Shown here: positions 33,606-40,967 of the stretch, in pieces | Position numbering within the stretch: the first letter of the stretch is position 1 | Layout of the letters: the number at the start of each line of letters is the position of its first letter | Virus record (IMG/VR): IMGVR_UViG_3300043595_000022 | Location: 1-45,664 of that record | DNA: 45,664 nucleotides | Source of the DNA: a virus | Reading direction: 5' to 3' (one strand) | Notes under the pieces: generated by a model | Database searches by the model: none | What the model was told of the DNA's origin: nothing | The model's input: the letters and a program-made list of their open reading frames with translations, nothing else | Made by a program: the position numbers and the translations under genes

Positions 33606-33809
33606 ATGCACACCAGAACACCGTTAGGTCGGTTGAACGAAGCCGAGGCAGCGAAAGCGCGTCAAATGGTGACGGAACACGGGGCGAAAGAGGCCGCCAA
33701 GAGGCTTGGTCTATGCAACGAGCGGACGTTGCGAAAGGCGGCGCTCGGCGAACCCGTGCACCCGCTCACGCTCTCCACTCTTCGCGCGAAGCTGCCCGAC
33801 ACGCTTTGA
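33606..33809 (+). CDS. Small HTH DNA-binding protein, 67 aa
   Basis: EHGAKEAAKRLGLCNERTLRKAALGE is HTH-like. Lower G+C than the surroundings. Directly upstream of the portal gene on the same strand. Confidence 0.5.
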   Translation: MHTRTPLGRLNEAEAAKARQMVTEHGAKEAAKRLGLCNERTLRKAALGEPVHPLTLSTLRAKLPDTL

Positions 33810-33827
33810 CCGTGGCACATTCGCAGC

Positions 33828-35393
33828 ATGGGCCGACGCTCGCGACGCGCACGCAAGACACGTCAAGGCAGCGAGTTTGACCTCGCGCAATTGATCGGGC
33901 GGCTCGAGCCGCCGAAGCAACCGCAGACCGCGTACGGCTGGAGTCTTGACGCCATTCGCGCTGCGCGCGACTTGCAACTCGCCGGCAAGTTTTCTGAGCC
34001 CGTCAAGCTCGCTAAGGCGATGCGAACGGACTACGCACTTTTTACCGCGTACCAAAACCGCCTCGCGCCGCAACGCTGTATCGGCGTCGAGCTCGTGCCG
34101 CCGAGCGAGAGCGAGCAAGCCAAGCGCGTCGCCGGCGAAGCCGAGGCGCTCTTCGGCGAGCGCGGCGTCGCGATCACGACCGAGGGCATCAGCTCTATCA
34201 ACGGCACGCTCGCAAACCACTGCATCGCAGTTGGCGCCGTCGCGCACACGCCGCGCGCCGACGGCTCGCGCGTCGATCTGGAAATGCGTTCATGGCCGCT
34301 CGAGTTTTGCGAGTGGAGCCCGAACGACCGTTGCCTCGTAACGCGGGTGCACGGGAGCAACGTGCGCGTGCCGATCATTCACGGCGACGGTCGATGGGTC
34401 GTGTTTCAAAAGCATGAAGAAGAGCCTTGGACGCAAGAGCCTTGCGTGCTTCCGGGCGGACTGCTTTGGGCGTCGCATGCGTTCGGGTTGCGTGATTGGA
34501 GCCAGGGATCAAAGTCGCACGGTCTCTCGCGCGTGATCGGCGAGATGCCCGCCGGCGTGCCGCTGCAAAACGCCGACGGGCAATTGAGCGCCGAGGCGGC
34601 AGCGTTCGTGCAACTCTTGCTGTCGCTCTATCAAGGCGACCTGCCCGTCGGCGTGCAACCGAGCGGAGCGAAAACGCAGTTTGTAACCAACAACTCGACC
34701 GCTTGGCAGGTGTGGGAACAACTCATTTTGATGGGCGACAAAGCGGCCGCTCGAATCTACCTGGGCACCGACGGCATGCTCGGGAGCCAGGGCGGCGCGC
34801 CGGGCGTCGATATCGCCACGCTCTTCGGCGTCGCCACGACGATCGTGCAGGGCGACCTGTCGGCGATCGAACGCGCCATTTTGACCGGTGTGATCGAGCC
34901 ATGGGCCGCGATCAATTTCGGCGACTCGACGCTCGCGCCGTATCGGCGCTATCTCATGCCCGACGCCGACGCCGACGCCGAGCGCGAGAGTTTCGCGAAA
35001 CGGCTCAATGCATTCCACGCCGCGGTCGAGCAGCTGCGCAAGAATGGTTTCGAGGTCGCCCAGGAAAGCGTGAACGCGTTGGCCCAAAAATTCGCGGTGC
35101 CGGCGCCGACGCTGCCGGACGAAAGCAAACGCGCACCATCGATCACGCTCGCGCCGACGGATATCGCCCGCGTCGTCAAGGTCAACGAGGCGCGCGCCTC
35201 GGCTGGCCTGCCCGCGCTCACGCTCGCCAGCGGCCAGGACGATCCCGACGGGCAGCTTACCGTCGAGGAATTCGCCGCGAAGAAAGCCGCGGCCGTGAAA
35301 ACCGCCGAGCAGCAGCACGCTTCGCCGCCGTCGACGCCACCCACACCGCCCCCGAACGGCGCCCCCAAGCCCGCGCCGGCGCTCCCCTCGTAG
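33828..35393 (+). CDS. Portal protein (DUF935 / Mu gp29-like), encoded on the strand opposite to all other morphogenesis genes
   Basis: 521 aa and the only portal-sized candidate. Divergent neighbour of the Mu-type protease. Pro-rich C-terminal tail. Confidence 0.6.
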   Translation: MGRRSRRARKTRQGSEFDLAQLIGRLEPPKQPQTAYGWSLDAIRAARDLQLAGKFSEPVKLAKAMRTDYALFTAYQNRLAPQRCIGVELVPPSESEQAKRVAGEAEALFGERGVAITTEGISSINGTLANHCIAVGAVAHTPRADGSRVDLEMRSWPLEFCEWSPNDRCLVTRVHGSNVRVPIIHGDGRWVVFQKHEEEPWTQEPCVLPGGLLWASHAFGLRDWSQGSKSHGLSRVIGEMPAGVPLQNADGQLSAEAAAFVQLLLSLYQGDLPVGVQPSGAKTQFVTNNSTAWQVWEQLILMGDKAAARIYLGTDGMLGSQGGAPGVDIATLFGVATTIVQGDLSAIERAILTGVIEPWAAINFGDSTLAPYRRYLMPDADADAERESFAKRLNAFHAAVEQLRKNGFEVAQESVNALAQKFAVPAPTLPDESKRAPSITLAPTDIARVVKVNEARASAGLPALTLASGQDDPDGQLTVEEFAAKKAAAVKTAEQQHASPPSTPPTPPPNGAPKPAPALPS

Positions 35394-35421
35394 CCGCTGC
35401 AAGATTCAATTCTTGCAGCGG
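35394..35421 (+). terminator. Perfect 11-bp stem-loop immediately after the portal stop
   Basis: ccgctgcaaga ttcaat tcttgcagcgg. No U-tract. Confidence 0.45.
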
Positions 35422-35543
35422 GCGCACGCTCGGCCCGCCGGGCGCACGGCGTAACAAAGCCATTGTTACGGCTTTGTTCTGCCCCGCCGCCCGCAAGCCC
35501 GCGATGTCTAGACGCAGCCGACGTGGCACGCCGGGCGCATTAC

Positions 35544-35559
35544 GTCTAGACTTATAGAC
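35544..35559. promoter_or_regulatory. Operator GTCTA-N6-TAGAC upstream of the lipoprotein moron
   Basis: GTCTAGACTTATAGAC, followed by AGGAGGGG RBS and ATG at 35577. A GTCTAGAC palindrome also occurs at 35506-35513. Confidence 0.55.
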
Positions 35560-35576
35560 AGGAGGGGTTCGCACAA

Positions 35577-36233
35577 ATGCGCCCTTGGATCATGATCGCG
35601 AGTTTCTGTTGTTCTCTGATTGCTTGCTCGGGCGCCGACGGCGGCGACTCGCCGCACGAGCCCGGGCCCGACGCGGGCGATGCGGGCGAGCTCGAGGCCG
35701 ACGCCGCCGGCGGGCGGGCAGGCGAGGGGGGCACGGGCGGAGGCGCCGGCACGGCCGCTCACGGCGGCTCGGCGGGCACGAGCTCGGGCGGCATGGCCGG
35801 CACGTCGGGCGGCTCGAGCGGCAGCGCTGGACGGGCGGGCACGGGCGGCAGCGCGGGTGCCGCGGGCAGCTCGGGCAGCGCCGGCACGGCGGGCAAGGGC
35901 GGCTCGGCCGGCACGGGCGGCAGCGGCAGCGGCGGCGGCGGCGCGGCGACGTGCCCGAGCACGTGCTCGTACCTAAGCTTTCCGGCGACGAAAAGCTCCC
36001 CGCCGGCGACGACCTCGGGCACCGCGGAGGTGCGCGCCGTGTGCCCGGCGGGCAGCACGATCGAGCCGGGCCCGGCCTATTGCTTCAACTGCGATCCGGG
36101 CACCGCGCAGCGGCTCCCTAACGGGATCGTGCGCTGCTTTCCAATGCCGGCCGCGCCGGCGGGCTCGGTATGCACGATTCAGTTTAGGTGCGTGACCGAG
36201 CGCTTCTGCGTCGAATGGAATGCGCCATGCTGA
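35577..36233 (+). CDS. Lipoprotein with Gly/Ser/Ala-rich repeat region and Cys-rich C-terminal domain (moron)
   Basis: Signal peptide plus lipobox MRPWIMIASFCCSLIAC|SG. GGSAGT-type repeats. 10 Cys in the last 90 aa. Confidence 0.75.
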   Translation: MRPWIMIASFCCSLIACSGADGGDSPHEPGPDAGDAGELEADAAGGRAGEGGTGGGAGTAAHGGSAGTSSGGMAGTSGGSSGSAGRAGTGGSAGAAGSSGSAGTAGKGGSAGTGGSGSGGGGAATCPSTCSYLSFPATKSSPPATTSGTAEVRAVCPAGSTIEPGPAYCFNCDPGTAQRLPNGIVRCFPMPAAPAGSVCTIQFRCVTERFCVEWNAPC

Positions 36234-36621
36234 GAGACCGTTTGGTATTTGCTGCGCTCGTCCTGGGCGCGCTGCTCGCGTGCAAGAGGAAGGCGCCGAC
36301 GCCGACGCCGGTCGAAACGGCCCTGTCTCCGACGGCCGTGCTCGCAATGGCGGCGGACGCCGGAAGCTTCGAAGGGGCCGAGGTCCGCGTGACGGGCAAG
36401 GTGCTCGCCTTGCGTCCAGGCGGCGAAGCTGTGCCGCCGTTCGTCGACCTCGAGGCGGCGGACGGCGCGAAGCTCTGCCCGCGGGCATGCGTCACTACTC
36501 ATGTTTGCGAGGCACGTGCTTCAAGGAGCCGCCGCCGGTCGGTTCGCTGGCGACGCTCAAGTGCACCGGCTCTTTCCTACTCGAGCGCCCGCTGCTCATG
36601 CAGTGCGAGCAGGTGAAATAA
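36227..36621 (+). pseudogene. Second lipoprotein gene, apparently frameshifted near 36470-36510
   Basis: MLRDRLVFAALVLGALLAC|KRK has a lipobox. High GC3 follows the 36227 frame up to about 36490, then switches to the frame that ends at TAA 36619-36621 (..CFKEPPPVGSLATLKCTGSFLLERPLLMQCEQVK). Confidence 0.5.
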
Positions 36622-36624
36622 ACT

Positions 36625-36668
36625 CGAGGCGCCCGCGGGCCGAACAACAAAAACCCGCGGGCGCCTCG
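36625..36668. terminator. Bidirectional terminator between the moron and terL
   Basis: Perfect 15-bp stem cgaggcgcccgcggg / cccgcgggcgcctcg with a 14-nt loop. On the minus strand it is followed by AGUUUAUUU. Confidence 0.7.
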
Positions 36669-36714
36669 GGCCGCTCCTACTCATACGGGCGAGTTTCCAA
36701 GGCCCAGGCCCGGA

Positions 36715-38259
36715 CTATAACAGGTCGCGTCGCGTACCGCGTAGCAGCGCCGCGATCGCGTTGTCGCCCGCCCGCGGCGGCATGGGATCGACCTCGCCAG
36801 AGCGCGGCCTGGGCGGCGCCGCTGGCGCGAGCTGCTCGGCCATTTTCTCGATACCCTTGAACGCTGCGCGCGCGTCGGGCGGCTTCGTGAAAAAGCCTTC
36901 AAGCTCCCATACGCCGTGCACGAGGGCGTCGAGCCGGTTCGGCGACTCGACGCCAGGCTCGGCGACGAACGTTGTCATTTCGTCCTCGAGCTCGCCGAGC
37001 TCGGCGCCGAGGACATGCGACCCGCGGCCGGCTTCCCAAACCGTGGCGGCGGGCTCGGCGCGCGAAAACTTGCTCGTGCGCCCGACAATCTCTTTCACAT
37101 AGATGGTGCTCGGCGAGTGCCGCGTCGTGGCCTTGAGGTCGAGCACCTCGACGCTGATCCCGCGTGTCAACGCGCGCGCACGCAAGAGGGCAACGACCAG
37201 GTCGCCGCCGCGATTGCGCTCGACGACGACGCAATCGCACTTGCCGGCGAGGTAGCGGTCGATCACGAGCTCGCCCCACACTTCCGGCGCGTGCCGATCG
37301 GTCAAGTCGGCGAACACAAGGATCTGATTGTCGATGCCCTGGCCGAGCTCGACGATGCCCGTCGGGTCGGTGCCTTCGCGCCCGCTGATTGCCGGATCGA
37401 CGGCGATGATCCGCCGCTTCAATTGCGTGGGCGCGTGCCGGCGATGGTCGTCGATCCATACTTGCTTCCACGCTGCGCCCTCGGCCTCGTCGAGAAAGAT
37501 GCCGCGTAGCTCCTCGTCGCCCGCTTGCGTGCCGCCGATAGCTTTCTCGATCGAATCGACGAACCCCTCGCCGAGGTTGTCTTCGTTTTCGCGTATCTCG
37601 CCGCGCACGACAATGTGCTCGTCGGGCGAGGCCGCGGCGCGCTGCAAGTTGCTGCGCAGGATCGGGTGCCGTCGGCGCGAGGTGCAGTCCCAAACCGTTT
37701 TCGCGTACCCGAGCGAGCACATGATTTCCAAGTTTCGCCACGCCTCGAGCCTCGTCGCGTGCGGCCACGATTGCAGCTCGGTCGGCCAAGCGAGGTGCAC
37801 GCCGGGCCCGCGAATGTTGCCGGGTTTCTCCGGCGTGAAAACGAAAGCCTGTGCGCCATTGGGCCAAAGCACGCGGCCCTTTTCGAACGACGGCTTGAAC
37901 CATGGCGGCGCGCAGGCGATCAAGCCGCTATCGCCCTCGACCTGCACCTCGAGCGCCTTGTCTTCATTCTGTGCAATCAACGCGATCCGCATGGCGCGGC
38001 CCGCCTCGGCCTCGCGATTGACAAACTCGGCGACCGCTCGAGTTTTGCCGAAACGGCGGCCGCACAGGAAACCCCACGATCGCCAGCGGCCCGCCGGTAT
38101 GATTTGCGACGGGCGCGCCCACGTCCGATCCCAGTCGTGCGAAAGCGCAGCGAGCTCGAGCGGCGTGAGCTCGTCGAGCCAGGCGGCGGCATACTCTACG
38201 GCGAGCTCGGGCGGCAGGTCGGCGAGCGCGTCGCAGATCGTTTCGACGAGCGCGGTCAA
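36715..38259 (-). CDS. terL: Terminase large subunit
   Basis: Walker A GFLCGRRFGKT. C-terminal nuclease-like IIAVDPA...VVVERNRGG. 514 aa. The TTG start is TTGA-coupled to the upstream gene. Confidence 0.85.
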   Translation of the reverse strand: MTALVETICDALADLPPELAVEYAAAWLDELTPLELAALSHDWDRTWARPSQIIPAGRWRSWGFLCGRRFGKTRAVAEFVNREAEAGRAMRIALIAQNEDKALEVQVEGDSGLIACAPPWFKPSFEKGRVLWPNGAQAFVFTPEKPGNIRGPGVHLAWPTELQSWPHATRLEAWRNLEIMCSLGYAKTVWDCTSRRRHPILRSNLQRAAASPDEHIVVRGEIRENEDNLGEGFVDSIEKAIGGTQAGDEELRGIFLDEAEGAAWKQVWIDDHRRHAPTQLKRRIIAVDPAISGREGTDPTGIVELGQGIDNQILVFADLTDRHAPEVWGELVIDRYLAGKCDCVVVERNRGGDLVVALLRARALTRGISVEVLDLKATTRHSPSTIYVKEIVGRTSKFSRAEPAATVWEAGRGSHVLGAELGELEDEMTTFVAEPGVESPNRLDALVHGVWELEGFFTKPPDARAAFKGIEKMAEQLAPAAPPRPRSGEVDPMPPRAGDNAIAALLRGTRRDLL

Positions 38260-38480
38260 GTGCGGCGCCGTTGCTCAAGGTATTCTAACGCGTCCACGCC
38301 GCGGCCCGCATCCGCGTCGTCGAGCGCACGCTCGAGTGACGAATGCAGCGCGGCACGTTCGTCGGGCGTGAGCTCGTCGCCTACGATGATAAGCACCGTG
38401 ACCTCGGCGCCGTCGGGTAAGTCGGTCGGTTCGTCAATCGTGACGCGACCATTTTTTACTTGCGCTTTCACGGTGTGCAT
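38256..38480 (-). CDS. Antitoxin-like small protein (AbrB/SpoVT-like N-terminus plus addiction-module-component-like C-terminus)
   Basis: ATG at 38480. MHTVKAQVKNGRVTIDEPTDLPDGAEVTVLI followed by LTPDERAALHSSLERALDDADAGRGVDALEYLE. 74 aa. Confidence 0.5.
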   Translation of the reverse strand: MHTVKAQVKNGRVTIDEPTDLPDGAEVTVLIIVGDELTPDERAALHSSLERALDDADAGRGVDALEYLEQRRRT

Positions 38481-38490
38481 TGTGGCTTGT

Positions 38491-38928
38491 CTAGACGTCG
38501 CGACGAGCGCGGTCAATTGGCGGGCTTGCCTTTCGCGCGTTCCGGCTCGAGCTGCTCGACCATTTGCTGCTGTGGACGACGTCGTGGCCGTCGATCTCGA
38601 CGACGAGCGCCGCGTGCTCGAGTAGCAACGCGAAGTCGGCTCGCGCTCCGCACGGCAACGCAAACTGCGCGCGTAGTAGCGTTTCGAGACCGCACGGAAA
38701 GGTGAGTCGCACGGCGCCGCCCGCGCGCGGCGAATGACCGCTCGCCTCCATCAGCAATGCTGTCACAAAGAGGCGCTCCATGGGAGACTCGCAACGCGCG
38801 ATCAAGCGCGTAATGAAACCGGGTTCGCCCGGCAATAGCATGAGCCGATCGAGGATCGCGGCGGCCGCGGCAGTTTCGATCTGCAGACTCCACGCAAGCC
38901 ACGTTTCGGCGAGCAATGCGCGCATCAC
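38491..38928 (-). CDS. Restriction-endonuclease-fold (DUF559/Vsr-like) protein, possibly C-terminally disrupted
   Basis: CGARADFALLLEHAALVVEIDGHDV resembles the D...ExDG core of DUF559-type nucleases. The tail SSKWSSSSSRNARKAS looks off-frame. GTGA/ATG coupled to the terS-like gene. Confidence 0.4.
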   Translation of the reverse strand: MMRALLAETWLAWSLQIETAAAAAILDRLMLLPGEPGFITRLIARCESPMERLFVTALLMEASGHSPRAGGAVRLTFPCGLETLLRAQFALPCGARADFALLLEHAALVVEIDGHDVVHSSKWSSSSSRNARKASPPIDRARRDV

Positions 38929-39395
38929 GCCGCGTGTCCCTTCGCTGCGCGTCGCACGCGCTCGAGTATTTTCTCGCGAGCTCGCCGCGCAGCTTCGATC
39001 ACGTCGGGCGAATCGTTTTCGTCCGGCGCCGGCGGCGGAATGAGTCGCGACAGCTCTTTGATCGCCGAGCTCGCGACGCGCGCGAATTGCAAATAGACGT
39101 GTGGGTCCTGCCGCTTGCGTGCTTCGTCGGCGAGGTCAGTGATCGTTGCGATGATCTTGCCGAGCTGCGCGCGCAGATCGTCGCGCGAGGTCGGCGTCGC
39201 GGTGCGCACGGGCGGCGGCTTGCTGCTCGAGCTCGTCTTGCTCGAGCGCGGCGGCGCCGGCGCGGGTTGCTTCAACGCGTTCGAGACCGTCGGCTGACTG
39301 ATTCCAAGCGAGCGCGCGATCTCCGTTTGATTCAAACCACGTCGGCGAGCGGCGTGAATTCTCGCGAGCATTTGGCCATTGAGCTTGCGTGTCAT
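38925..39395 (-). CDS. HTH protein, terminase small subunit candidate
   Basis: ATG at 39395. RRRGLNQTEIARSLGISQPTVSNAL is an HTH, followed by a Ser/Pro linker and a helical C-terminal domain. First gene of the packaging operon. Confidence 0.5.
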   Translation of the reverse strand: MTRKLNGQMLARIHAARRRGLNQTEIARSLGISQPTVSNALKQPAPAPPRSSKTSSSSKPPPVRTATPTSRDDLRAQLGKIIATITDLADEARKRQDPHVYLQFARVASSAIKELSRLIPPPAPDENDSPDVIEAARRAREKILERVRRAAKGHAA

Positions 39396-39429
39396 GCGAT
39401 CGCAAAGCTCCTCGAAACCACATGAAACC

Positions 39430-39733
39430 ACCGCGCGTAACTATCGAATAATAGGCTATTTTCTATAAATTCCGCGCGAGAGGAGCCCCTCCAAGCCGAC
39501 CCCGGGGGCCCGTAACCCCCTCTTTTCGCGGGCTTTTTGCGTGGTCTTTTTCGGCTGCTTTTGCCCTGTTTTTGATGTGCGGCCAGCATGTGGCCGCGAA
39601 GCCAATGTAGGGGAGGGTTCCGCAGCCGTTTTAGGCTGGATGGGCTTTGATCCTGGGAAGCGCCGCGCGTTTGCGGGCCATCCCCCGCGGGTGTGGCTAC
39701 CCTGTGGATAACTCTCGCGAGGAGACACACACG
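39430..39733. promoter_or_regulatory. 304-bp divergent non-coding region: AT-rich patch plus phased T-tracts
   Basis: ctatcgaataataggctattttctataaatt at 39441-39471. T4-5 tracts start at 39523, 39534, 39547, 39559 and 39569 (spacing 10-13 nt). Hairpin gcggcca-gcatg-tggccgc. Confidence 0.5.
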
Positions 39734-40075
39734 ATGGCGACGAAACAAGAGCTCGAGCAGCGGCTCGGCGGGCAGCAGAAACAGCGGATCGTTCTGATTG
39801 GGCCCAATTCCGAGGAGGGCGCAAAGCAGGGGGATCAGCTCATGGCGGATTTCAACGGGAAGCACCGGGCCCTCTTGCCCGACGGCTGGCGGGTCGAGCG
39901 CCAGAGCGGGGCGGCCACACCCGAGGCCGAGCCGCCGCCCCATGGCACGCCCGCCGAGGGCGCCGTGCGGTCGTCGGTACAGCTCGAGCAGGACGTCGCC
40001 GCACGGCAGCAGAAAGAGCAGCAGTCGCGGGCTCAGTCCGGGCACAGCGAGCAGGACGCCAAGCGCGCGCGCTGA
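39734..40075 (+). CDS. Orphan plus-strand hypothetical protein, 113 aa, Gln/Glu-rich
   Basis: GAGGAG RBS (39719-39724) then ATG at 39734. High GC3. Internal Met of track ORF 39647..40075. Confidence 0.55.
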   Translation: MATKQELEQRLGGQQKQRIVLIGPNSEEGAKQGDQLMADFNGKHRALLPDGWRVERQSGAATPEAEPPPHGTPAEGAVRSSVQLEQDVAARQQKEQQSRAQSGHSEQDAKRAR

Positions 40076-40086
40076 GTTCTCACGAG

Positions 40087-40127
40087 GGCGGGCCGCCGGA
40101 CTTCGAACCTCCGTCATGCGGCCCGCC
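40087..40127. terminator. 10-bp stem-loop between convergent genes, overlapping the RuvC stop
   Basis: ggcgggccgc / gcggcccgcc with a 21-nt loop. No U-tract. Confidence 0.35.
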
Positions 40128-40623
40128 GTCGTGTCCAGCGTTGAAAGCCCGCGATGCACACGGCGATCGCGTCGGCACCGTCCTGGGGCACGCGCGAGCC
40201 GGTGATACGAAGCACGGCCTCTTGCACCTGATGCTTTGACGCGGCGCGATTGCCCTTGCCGAGCACGGCGAGCTTGGCCGACATGGGCTGAATCTTGATC
40301 ACGGGCACGCGGTAGATTCGAGCGGCGGCGATCACGAGCCCTTGCACAATCAAGGGGCCAGCGTTCGAGGCGTTGACCTCGCCACGCTCGTGCGCTGCGA
40401 CGATCGCGCGCGTCTGATCCTCGAAGGCAACGAAGGCCGGCATGTGCTCGCGCATGGCGAGCGAGAGGGCATCGACGATCACGTCGCAACGCTGCTCGAA
40501 CCCGGCCGTCGGCAGCGTGCGCGGCACGGCGACCGACACGAGGGCGTACCCTCGCGCCGTGCGCCGCACTACGCCAATGCCGGGCGAGCGAATGCCCGGA
40601 TCGAAGCCGAGGCCAACGGTCAA
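40114..40623 (-). CDS. RuvC-like Holliday junction resolvase
   Basis: TTGA-coupled TTG at 40623. GLGFDPGIRSPGIGVV, AFVAFEDQT and PQDGADAIAVC carry the catalytic acidic residues. Confidence 0.8.
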   Translation of the reverse strand: MTVGLGFDPGIRSPGIGVVRRTARGYALVSVAVPRTLPTAGFEQRCDVIVDALSLAMREHMPAFVAFEDQTRAIVAAHERGEVNASNAGPLIVQGLVIAAARIYRVPVIKIQPMSAKLAVLGKGNRAASKHQVQEAVLRITGSRVPQDGADAIAVCIAGFQRWTRRRAA

Positions 40624-40967
40624 TCGAGCACCTCGACGGCCTTTTTGGCCTTTACCGTTTGTTCCTTTTCCCAGGCCTCTTCGAACGCCGCGCGTCGCTT
40701 CTCTTTCTCCTCGTCGGTCAACTCGAATTCGATCTCGCGCTCGGTCGTCGTCGCTTCCAGCATCGGCTTCGCACCTGTCCGCCCGTTGGTTCCCTGCGCA
40801 CGACACGACGGGCATACCGTGTCGAACGCCACTGAGTGCAGCTCGCACACACGCGGCGTGAAATGCGTTGCATGCGAGCAGCACTGGATCCCGTCAATCT
40901 TCCAAAAGTAGATCCCGCGCTCTTGGTCGCTGGCGATCTTGCTCACGCTGGCGTGCTGCACTGTCAC
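40620..40967 (-). CDS. Cys-rich hypothetical protein, 115 aa
   Basis: GTGA-coupled GTG at 40967. CCSHATH...VCELH...CPSC. Acidic helical C-terminus. Confidence 0.5.
   Translation of the reverse strand: MTVQHASVSKIASDQERGIYFWKIDGIQCCSHATHFTPRVCELHSVAFDTVCPSCRAQGTNGRTGAKPMLEATTTEREIEFELTDEEKEKRRAAFEEAWEKEQTVKAKKAVEVLD

Noticed and set aside
34496-35557. 353-aa and 297-aa alternative-frame or antisense ORFs over the portal gene
   Set aside because: Arg-rich translations. The portal frame is the only one with a protein-like composition along its full length.
35700-35960. GC-rich short repeats (ggcggc/agcggc) considered as CRISPR-like or non-coding tandem array
   Set aside because: The repeats are irregular, in frame, and encode the Gly/Ser/Ala stalk of a lipoprotein. 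There is no repeat-spacer periodicity. No CRISPR array is seen anywhere in the window.
36899-37903. 334-aa alternative-frame ORF within terL
   Set aside because: Arg-rich shadow frame of the terminase gene.
40097-40113. tRNA T-arm-like sequence (minus strand GGAGGTTCGAAGTCC) inside the hairpin loop
   Set aside because: No complementary 5-bp T-stem, no acceptor/anticodon arms and no plausible 70-90-nt cloverleaf around it. It partly overlaps the RuvC C-terminus. It is treated as part of an intergenic stem-loop only.
39392-40489. 365-aa minus-strand ORF spanning the non-coding region, the orphan gene and part of ruvC
   Set aside because: Arg/Pro/Gly-rich shadow frame. It overlaps a better-supported plus-strand gene with an RBS, and the RuvC frame with catalytic motifs.
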